From IMG/VR virus record IMGVR_UViG_3300033067_000194, positions 1-44,320 of that record: DNA of 44,320 nucleotides. One strand, 5' to 3'. The position numbers and the translations under genes were made by a program. The stretch comes from a virus. Its lineage: Duplodnaviria; Caudoviricetes. Positions 39,701 to 44,320 of the stretch are shown in pieces. Within the stretch, counting starts at the first letter, position 1, and the number at the start of each line of letters is the position of its first letter. The notes under the pieces are model-generated. The model ran no database searches. It had not been told where the DNA came from and saw only the letters and a list, made by a program, of their open reading frames with translations.

Positions 39701-39861
39701 TTGGCAGCATTGCTGGCAAAGTCTAAGCCCGATGTATGTGCTGTAATACAAACATAACTGTTAGCACCATACTTTACAACATCGTCCTTTGCATACGCTG
39801 TAGTAGGTGTCCAATCACCTTTCCAACTAAACTTAATTTTTCCTAGGTTAATCATTGTCAT
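33721..39861 (-). CDS. large tail fibre/adhesin-like virion protein, 2046 aa
   Basis: N-terminal CBM5/12-like repeats (WKGDWTPTTAYAKDDVVKY...YVC), beta-helix-like domain (WYVATNG.D..DG...AFATIKHAL), about 13 TFNL.N.TATT.NFAG repeats, IDCGTF end; SD GAGGA. Confidence 0.82.
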   Translation of the reverse strand: MTMINLGKIKFSWKGDWTPTTAYAKDDVVKYGANSYVCITAHTSGLDFASNAAKFDLMTEGIKWDTVDYNPATTYAANTIVRYQDTLYISITDTTGNLPTNPTYWDLVSVVRPEGNVWYVATNGLDTRDGTDPSTAFATIKHALSVAQSGDTVKVSPGTFEEVFPLTVPQGVAVVGSGIRATKITPTAGTNDLDGFLLNGETGVADLTVAGMFYNEIDDTGYAFRFAPNAEITLRSPYIERVTVLNQGSVTSAVDPYGFFAGDAGRGALVDGADVTRESLEAAMLFNECTFIVPNSRALIMTNGGRVEWLTCFTYFADLAIEGISGTAGRGGDGKTIIEFAGVSGPGFSVGETISIVSTDASTTTNVTVDSVDGNTVYLDGRVDILEGKDFTPGTGGSITGLTSGTTATSITRYDRGEFAAELRAISGANIYGNQAVKADGDDVVLQLMAWNFAYIGTGADLTNDDTAVIQANEVIEVNGGRVFYNSVDQAGNYRIGDLFSVEFATGNVTFQAPNFDVSSLTGINFTNGSQTTIVDPTQVSTGNLVISGNAISSISGEITLDPSGSEVVNINADTNIIGDLDVTGDVTIGGNITIGNQTLDTVTVVADFTSNLVPDVANTYDLGESGKAWRTLYSQQIEVTGTGYVKLPVGTVAERPTGVTGMIRYNSELSSFEGFANSNWQGLGGVKSVDGLTYIIPETSPAASNGELDFYVEDAAGTGSIKAAGLNRTRLSIPLTTTSTSSTTGALTVAGGVGINENLNVNGTTTLTGNVTLVGELRGPASFVIDPAGVGDNTGTVIIKGDLQVDGTTTTINSTTLTVDDKNIELASTASPSDLTADGAGITIKGTTDKTFNWVDATNSFTANQNIDVVSGFAFKVAGIDKVTETALFPNSGVTIGSVLSTVTINDELLVTNSLVTNGDVISDNPVQNLYPDVVTTLNIGNAATTVTIGDSVGTGTTVVNNNIDINGVARIKGNSVSLKPNTLVFSGIFATSTTTATGTGATWRIEYENDTGNIVSITPSTSGNFYNFGDTFTILGSQYGGVDGVNDLVLTIDTFIVDPFPLTGPTVGGNIATVTYTGVAPIIPGPATTFSLLERYVETVDFAKDATTITMGAVDGLGLANGTTTVRNNFQVNGDVVLNGVYSGVTANIATNAISLNLVNDTATIINFAGAADTLSIGSALGETTINNRLIVPTGITADLKGSVFGDFSSKIIDGITGDVTANDLQVNGSATFEFDILVKGGDLLTDQTTFNLINDTATTLNVGQAATSVVIGATTGTIQLRNAITQVDGDLAVNGGSLTTNQSVFDILPSGATQVNLASSANVVSIGSTLGTTTVNNDLNVNLNLIVDGDTLDTTNTTFNIVNDTATTVNFAGAATTINVGDATGTVNFAGATVNFDGDIVVKGGDIITDQTSFNLLQTPTTINFADAATTLVIGAGSGTTNIRNDLDVDGDLNVDGGDITSSQTTFNLLNSTVTTLNLAGAGTQVNIGSTNGATNIKNDLNVDGKITVGSAAGSTSTIESADTTFYLANTTAENLYMGGAATVVEIGSTTGTTSINNDLAVDGQATFEQDLQLKGGDLTTNQSTFNLINTTASTVNFAGTATTVNVGSASGNTIVKNNLQVDGDAEIRGGDLNTNQSTFNLINTNATTVNFAGGANTVNVAAPGSETNIAGNLNITGITTVSNHILPDTNVAYDLGSSTNRFRDLYLSGGTIDLAGGTISYDGTQFNFQGGTNVGQSVDTQSTSFDLLNTVAQTINFGGDATTINMGALSGSTNIRNNLNVAGQITVGSSDSSVSTLDVTDTTFFLANTTAETIYFGNAATAISMGQVGGLTTVNTGLTVTGDTLLESNLTVNGNLTLTSLNTTGENNDFVISPQGSGRVIIEPQGGFILNPSTTGSINNVNIGTVTRGTGRFTTLEANGVSRFTAGVSSVDSTTGSVVVTGGLAVSENVNIEGNLSANALTLRGTVLFDNELAVPSGGTGVGQFNARGVVYGNSTDPLQSTAGSDYQNPYSGTNQQTSYAMLTTDANGVPVWTDVIDCGTF
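34340..37100 (-). repeat. about 13 copies of a ~50-60 aa beta-rich repeat
   Basis: Consensus GGD(L/I).T.Q.TFNL.N.TATT.NFAG.AT.(I/V).(I/V)G..TG.T.(I/V).N.L.VDG. Confidence 0.8.
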
Positions 39862-39878
39862 TTTTATTTCCTCAGGTA

Positions 39879-40094
39879 TTAATATACGAATACCAAACGT
39901 CCGTTATCGTCGATAATAAATTCACCGTCGCTAATTCCTACAAAATAGTCTCTGTAAATTTCTTCTTGGTTATCATTAACAATATCAATGTTATCGTCAT
40001 TGCTACGTGTATAAATTAGTTCACCGTTTTCATTAACAGTAAACCCATGAAAACAAGTAGTATGTTCTTGACGGCCTATATATTTGTTTGTCAT
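39879..40094 (-). CDS. hypothetical protein, 71 aa
   Basis: ATGA overlap with upstream gene; internal duplicate motif F....NG.L(I/V). Confidence 0.65.
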   Translation of the reverse strand: MTNKYIGRQEHTTCFHGFTVNENGELIYTRSNDDNIDIVNDNQEEIYRDYFVGISDGEFIIDDNGRLVFVY

Positions 40095-40420
40095 GGTGTA
40101 ATCTCCAGAACACTAACAATTACATCGCTAGATGCGGCTGTGTTAGTTACTACAGACATAGTACTGTCTTCGTTAATAACTAACTTTTGATCTCCACCGA
40201 TTGCTGCCAAAGAAGTTCCAGCAGGAATCCTTGCATCTTTAACAATATAAACAGTATTCACGCCATCGTCTAGTGTAATGCTGGCTGTTATTGTCGATGT
40301 AGTATTATTAGAAATGTTAATACCAATAACAGTGGCCTTTGTTACAGGGCCAGTTGAATACACTGTTACTGGACTAGTTCCTACGTTTGATGTTAGTTGA
40401 TTATTGAATACGTTTGCCAT
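40091..40420 (-). CDS. small beta-sandwich virion protein (fibre partner), paralog of 42088..42420
   Basis: IVKDARIPAGTSL...QKLVI...VIVS.L shared with IIKDLSIPAGETF...EKVIL...VTVS.M. Confidence 0.72.
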   Translation of the reverse strand: MANVFNNQLTSNVGTSPVTVYSTGPVTKATVIGINISNNTTSTITASITLDDGVNTVYIVKDARIPAGTSLAAIGGDQKLVINEDSTMSVVTNTAASSDVIVSVLEITP

Positions 40421-40424
40421 TGTT

Positions 40425-41315
40425 TTATCCTAGAGCAATAGCAAAAGCAATCGCGTCATCATCATGAACCATACGATTCCATGCTACTCCATTAAAGTTT
40501 TCTACACGTTGGGTATCAGTGTTTAAACGAATTGTACCTGTTCTTGCAGTTGCAGGACGTTCTGCTGTTGTACCTACAGGTATAATTAACCCACCATCTC
40601 CCAATACAACTACTTGTCCTGTGCCAGCAGTATCTAATTCTAAGTCTGCGTTACTGCGGAAAGTTCTAATTTGATTACCGACAATTTCAATTTGATCGTT
40701 AATGAAACTGCCTTCTACATTAATGTTACCAACACTAATTCCATCAACAAAAACATCATTAAAGTAGCCAGCACGCCATGTTTTTGTGCTAGAACCTAAG
40801 TCGTAAGTCCCTGTAAAATTAGGAACTACATTAGAATTAATTTCAGCACCAAACGCTACATTGTCTGTGTTAGCATCGCCGATATTGATACTACCGCCAA
40901 GGGTAATATCGCCTGTTACTTCTAAGTTGGCGCTGATTTTTGTATTAGAGTTTATTTGAATTCTGTCGTTACTTGTGGCTGCTTGCAGTACAAGGTTTCC
41001 AACAGTTGTTTGAATTTTGTTGCCATCAATATTAACGTCGTCAATTTCTGCCCATGCATCATAGTTTGCATTAGGTTTAATTAATAATTGATTGCTTCGA
41101 GATGTACCAACAACGTCTAAAGGATACGCTGGGTTTGGATTTCGAATACCAACTCGACCGGTCCAAGAAGTAGGATCTGATGGCTGATTAGTTACATCCG
41201 CGGCATGTGAATTAACATCAAGATAAATCAGGTTGCTCTCAAATCGTAAATTAACTCCATCTCGAGTTAAATTCTCTTTGAGCAACGGACCCGAAATACG
41301 ACCGATTTCCGGCAT
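40425..41315 (-). CDS. short fibre-like virion protein ending AIAFAIALG
   Basis: GRISGPLLKENL.RDG N-terminus, VGI.NPNP.Y.LDV.G, TYDLGS, IPVGTTAERP..G.IRLN; SD AAGGAG. Confidence 0.72.
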   Translation of the reverse strand: MPEIGRISGPLLKENLTRDGVNLRFESNLIYLDVNSHAADVTNQPSDPTSWTGRVGIRNPNPAYPLDVVGTSRSNQLLIKPNANYDAWAEIDDVNIDGNKIQTTVGNLVLQAATSNDRIQINSNTKISANLEVTGDITLGGSINIGDANTDNVAFGAEINSNVVPNFTGTYDLGSSTKTWRAGYFNDVFVDGISVGNINVEGSFINDQIEIVGNQIRTFRSNADLELDTAGTGQVVVLGDGGLIIPVGTTAERPATARTGTIRLNTDTQRVENFNGVAWNRMVHDDDAIAFAIALG

Positions 41316-41422
41316 TGCGCTCTCCTTAGACCCCGTGTTTCACGGTTAACCACCTTACATAGCGGGTTTACCACTGTTTAATTGTTCAGCAGACACATGT
41401 CGGCATTGAACAACTGTATTTA
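41316..41422 (-). promoter_or_regulatory. late promoter (41417-41422) plus ~95-nt structured 5' leader
   Basis: Three predicted hairpins ahead of SD AAGGAG. Confidence 0.5.
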
Positions 41423-41446
41423 TCGGTTTGGTGAAATATGGGTAGG

Positions 41447-42088
41447 TTAGCGGTCGAAACCGTGAATAACGGTCACAGGTTTTCCAAAAGGAACTGCTCC
41501 GTTAAATTTGATGTAGACACCTGAAGGATAAGGTGCACCAGCCAAGTATCCTGATGGACTACTTGTACCCGCTGGATTAGATTCTAGTACATAGTTAACG
41601 TCTGGTAGTTGAGGGACGTTCTCTACATAGACTAGTAAGTTCTGAGGTTTTGTAACATCAGGTATTGCATAACTAGGATACGCTCCTGTGGCATTGTCGT
41701 CGTCGTACTCTAAAGGACCAAAGTAAATTTCTCCAGTAACGCCGCCGTCTAAACTGTCTCCAGTCCAAGATGCGCCACCGCCTAGCGGTCCTGTTTGAAC
41801 TTGAATGCTGTTTGGCTCTTTGTAAGAAAGTCTACGCCATTGTCCGGCGCTACGAACTTCGATTTCATCTGTTGTTTCGTTATATCTCATCAAGCCATTA
41901 ATAAGCACAACACTTCCTGCTGGACGCTCTGTAGTTGTACCTACTGGAAGTTGAATACTGTTAGAATTATCAAAGACAATTCGCGGATCTCTATTTACTC
42001 CAGCAACGTTTGGGCCGTCAGTTGCTACACTAACTGAAAGATCTTTTACGTTTCTAGTGTTAAGTTGGCTTTGCTTGAGAAATTTCAT
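41447..42088 (-). CDS. hypothetical virion protein, 213 aa
   Basis: LPVGTTTERP...GLMRYN motif; LVYVENVPQLP...Y...IKF..AVP.GKPVTV. Confidence 0.72.
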   Translation of the reverse strand: MKFLKQSQLNTRNVKDLSVSVATDGPNVAGVNRDPRIVFDNSNSIQLPVGTTTERPAGSVVLINGLMRYNETTDEIEVRSAGQWRRLSYKEPNSIQVQTGPLGGGASWTGDSLDGGVTGEIYFGPLEYDDDNATGAYPSYAIPDVTKPQNLLVYVENVPQLPDVNYVLESNPAGTSSPSGYLAGAPYPSGVYIKFNGAVPFGKPVTVIHGFDR

Positions 42089-42420
42089 TAACTTACTCTC
42101 ATTGAACTTACTGTTACACTTAGTCTATTATTTGCACTAGTGACTGCACGAATACGGTCGCCGGTGCTCAAAATAACTTTTTCGCTGTCAAACGTAAACG
42201 TTTCGCCTGCAGGAATAGACAAATCTTTAATAATCTGTGTCTGTGCAGATACACTTAGTCCTGTAGGAACTGCATATAAATTTAATACAACATCTGATGC
42301 AGATGTATTACAAAAAATCATACAAGTTACTGCATGTTCTTGAACATCGCTAGGCGCTGTACCAGGACATAGAAAAATGTCTGCGCCTGTTGTTGGAATT
42401 TCAGTACATGTTAACGCCAT
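42088..42420 (-). CDS. small beta-sandwich virion protein, paralog of 40091..40420
   Basis: See paralog; 1-nt overlap with the downstream gene. Confidence 0.72.
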   Translation of the reverse strand: MALTCTEIPTTGADIFLCPGTAPSDVQEHAVTCMIFCNTSASDVVLNLYAVPTGLSVSAQTQIIKDLSIPAGETFTFDSEKVILSTGDRIRAVTSANNRLSVTVSSMRVS

Positions 42421-42429
42421 AAATGTTCC

Positions 42430-43425
42430 TTAAAATATCATACTATAAGCGATTGCTTTTCGCTTACTAATTAATTCGTCTTGTGTATTTTCTTTATTTA
42501 CAAAGAAAATACCTGAGCCACCATAGGCTTCAGTTTTAGCGTAAATTTTTACGCCATCTAAATCACTTGTTGGGTCTGTAGAAACTGTTAGTTTTAGAAC
42601 ATCGTTAACTACAACAGATCCTGTGCCGTCACAAGAAATTATTAAATCTTGGTTACTAGTAGTAGTAGAAATTTCATTACCTGAAATTCTAATATTTTGT
42701 ACTTCAAATCCGTTAACTCGCCACTCGGCAGCAACTTGACTGTCTAATCTAAGTTGTAAAAGAGTTTCATCGTCTACACTTTGATCGTAAATCTGTAAAA
42801 CACTGTCGCTACGTTTAATAAATTGAGGTGGGTTAGTTTCAAAATAACTAACAACAAAATCATCAACCCATTGTGCGTTAGGAATATCATCTCTATCAGT
42901 AACACGATCTTCGTAGTTACCTGCGCTTCCTCTAACACTTAGAGTTCCTGTGCCTAAACTAAAAACTAAATCTGCATTATTTTTTGTAACAAGACTATTA
43001 GTTCTTAATCCAACCATAAAGTCATTGTCGTTATCTACTGATATAGAAAATGCACCGTTTTTGTTTAAGCCTGTTTGACTATCATACCACAAAATTGTTT
43101 CATCAAAAACTAATCTTGCAGGAGGATAGGAAGGATTACTGCCTCGATTGATTTCAATACCAGAAATCCTTCCACTTCCGTTGTCTGGGATACCAGATGG
43201 AAAATCTAACTCATTTCCGTTAGCATCATAGCCTTTGTTAAGTATAAGAATTTGGTCTTCAATTGTTACTTGGCTAGTACTAATAGTAGTAGTTTCACCT
43301 TGTACAACTAAGTTGCCTGTAACTACCACTTGACCTGGACTGTTGCCCACATCTAATGTAATAGTTCCGCCGTTGTTAACGGAAACTTTGTAGTTACTTG
43401 CACCAACTCTTACGACTTTTGACAT
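42430..43425 (-). CDS. fibre-like virion protein ending KAIAYSMIF
   Basis: GNLVVQGETTTI....V.IED.I..LN...SGIEINRG module shared with both giant proteins; SD AGGA. Confidence 0.72.
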   Translation of the reverse strand: MSKVVRVGASNYKVSVNNGGTITLDVGNSPGQVVVTGNLVVQGETTTISTSQVTIEDQILILNKGYDANGNELDFPSGIPDNGSGRISGIEINRGSNPSYPPARLVFDETILWYDSQTGLNKNGAFSISVDNDNDFMVGLRTNSLVTKNNADLVFSLGTGTLSVRGSAGNYEDRVTDRDDIPNAQWVDDFVVSYFETNPPQFIKRSDSVLQIYDQSVDDETLLQLRLDSQVAAEWRVNGFEVQNIRISGNEISTTTSNQDLIISCDGTGSVVVNDVLKLTVSTDPTSDLDGVKIYAKTEAYGGSGIFFVNKENTQDELISKRKAIAYSMIF

Positions 43426-43437
43426 GCTATTGTCCTA

Positions 43438-43842
43438 TTAGATTGCAGTTAGACGGATAATATCTGCTGTACTATCGTTTTCTAAGAACCATGTGTAACG
43501 GTTACCACTAAAGTCTGTAGCAACACGCTTCGTTAGTTTAGCAATAGCAACTGTACCTGGAACTTGATCGTTAGTAGCACCAAGAATGCGCATTTCACCT
43601 GCGGCATTTGGTTCATCAGAAACTAATACTGCTGTGGTTGTGCTAGTACTATCTTTAATATTTGGATCACCTAAGTTACCAATTTGTGTAACAACAAAAG
43701 TTTTAGCACCACGCTGTTTAACAACAACGCCGTCTGTTCTTAGTTGTGTATCGTAAAAGTCGCAACGAATACCTGCGTTTGGATTTGCATAACTGCCGCG
43801 TACATCTACGCCGTTAATATCTTTTTTAATTGGACGTCCCAT
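43438..43842 (-). CDS. hypothetical protein, 134 aa (probable structural protein near the capsid gene)
   Basis: Strong SD AAGGAG, late motif upstream, structured leader. Confidence 0.75.
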   Translation of the reverse strand: MGRPIKKDINGVDVRGSYANPNAGIRCDFYDTQLRTDGVVVKQRGAKTFVVTQIGNLGDPNIKDSTSTTTAVLVSDEPNAAGEMRILGATNDQVPGTVAIAKLTKRVATDFSGNRYTWFLENDSTADIIRLTAI

Positions 43843-43932
43843 TTGTTTCTCCTTATGTTGACGTTCTAGGTCTACGCTGTGGGTTACAGCATAAGTCCGC
43901 AGTATGCGGCACTTGTTTAGACTATGTATTTA
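43843..43932 (-). promoter_or_regulatory. late promoter (43927-43932) plus ~80-nt structured 5' leader
   Basis: Predicted three-way junction and an alternative anti-SD pairing. Confidence 0.55.
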
Positions 43933-44211
43933 TGTTTTACTAAGACTTGCCAATAGTTCACGTTTTGAAAAAACTCTAATATATTCACTTGCTCTTGCAT
44001 AATGTTGATTTGCTGTTTCTAGGCAACTACGACGACCAGTTTGTCTATAAAGAACTAAAACTTTACTGGCTTCTGAGATGCATTCATTTACAGAATGTTC
44101 TAACCGTTGTATGTCTTTGATAAACATACCGTGATTCTTTTTCCACTGTGCTATTACAGTACGTTGTAGTTTATACCAATCTTCGGGACACGTTATGGTA
44201 AAGTCTTGCAT
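43930..44211 (-). CDS. hypothetical protein, 93 aa
   Basis: CGGTAAATA-TTTTC-ATG start context; its stop codon forms the next promoter motif. Confidence 0.65.
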   Translation of the reverse strand: MQDFTITCPEDWYKLQRTVIAQWKKNHGMFIKDIQRLEHSVNECISEASKVLVLYRQTGRRSCLETANQHYARASEYIRVFSKRELLASLSKT

Positions 44212-44226
44212 GAAAATATTTACCGT

Positions 44227-44252
44227 AAAAAAAGAGCCCCGAAGGGCTCTTT
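44227..44252 (-). terminator. intrinsic terminator (UUCG loop) after probable major capsid gene
   Basis: Minus: AAAGAGCCC-TTCG-GGGCTCTTTTTTT. Confidence 0.88.
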
Positions 44253-44276
44253 GATTGTACTTCTACAAACAGTTGA

Positions 44277-44320
44277 TTAACTGAATGTAACGTTACTTGG
44301 AGTAACAGTACCTAGGTAGT
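44277..44320 (-). CDS. 3' end of a gene, probably the major capsid protein (gp23-like)
   Basis: Translates ...YLGTVTPSNVTFS*, followed by a strong terminator; resembles capsid C-termini I recall from this phage group. Only 13 full sense codons are visible. Confidence 0.45.
   Translation of the reverse strand, partial: YLGTVTPSNVTFS

Noticed and set aside
41316-41375. c-di-GMP-I riboswitch (GGUAAAC...GAAA...GGGUCUAAG fragments)
   Set aside because: Element order and the GCAAAG junction do not fit; kept only as an unassigned structured leader.
21946-43425. Diversity-generating retroelement or invertible tail-fibre system
   Set aside because: No reverse transcriptase, recombinase or adenine-specific TR/VR pair was seen; the near-identical repeat differs at synonymous sites.
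1-44320. Genome-wide stop-codon reassignment
   Set aside because: Genes are intact and densely packed under the standard code; only one internal stop was found, and it is TAA, the dominant terminator here.
1-44320. tRNA genes, CRISPR arrays, introns or inteins
   Set aside because: Intergenic gaps are short with no cloverleaf or spaced repeats; terminase is of normal length with no intein motifs.

Overview
This 44.3 kb window comes from a large, lytic T4-related myovirus (inferred uncultured jumbo-type phage, about 40% GC). It is mostly a minus-strand late/virion region. It runs from the 3' tip of the probable major capsid gene through small fibre/partner genes, two giant adhesin-like virion proteins (2046 and 3905 aa), a Nudix hydrolase, gp15/gp14/gp13-like neck genes, dNMP kinase, an HNH protein, tail sheath, tail tube, a tube-fold baseplate protein, gp4-like head completion nuclease, putative small and large terminase, gp32 SSB and the 5' part of uvsX/recA. 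No tRNA, CRISPR array, integrase or reverse transcriptase was seen. Highlights: (1) nine ~140-165 aa helical repeats in the 3905-aa protein, each with a C-x-R-D motif resembling the bilin-attachment helix of phycobiliproteins; (2) a TAA(A/G)TA late-promoter motif exactly 5 nt before the ATG of seven SD-less genes, implying systematic leaderless late mRNAs; (3) two long structured late 5' leaders with alternative folds; (4) an in-frame TAA in the putative small terminase gene; (5) a duplicated two-gene module of fibre with hydrophobic C-terminal tip plus small partner. All homology calls come from motif recognition without database searches.
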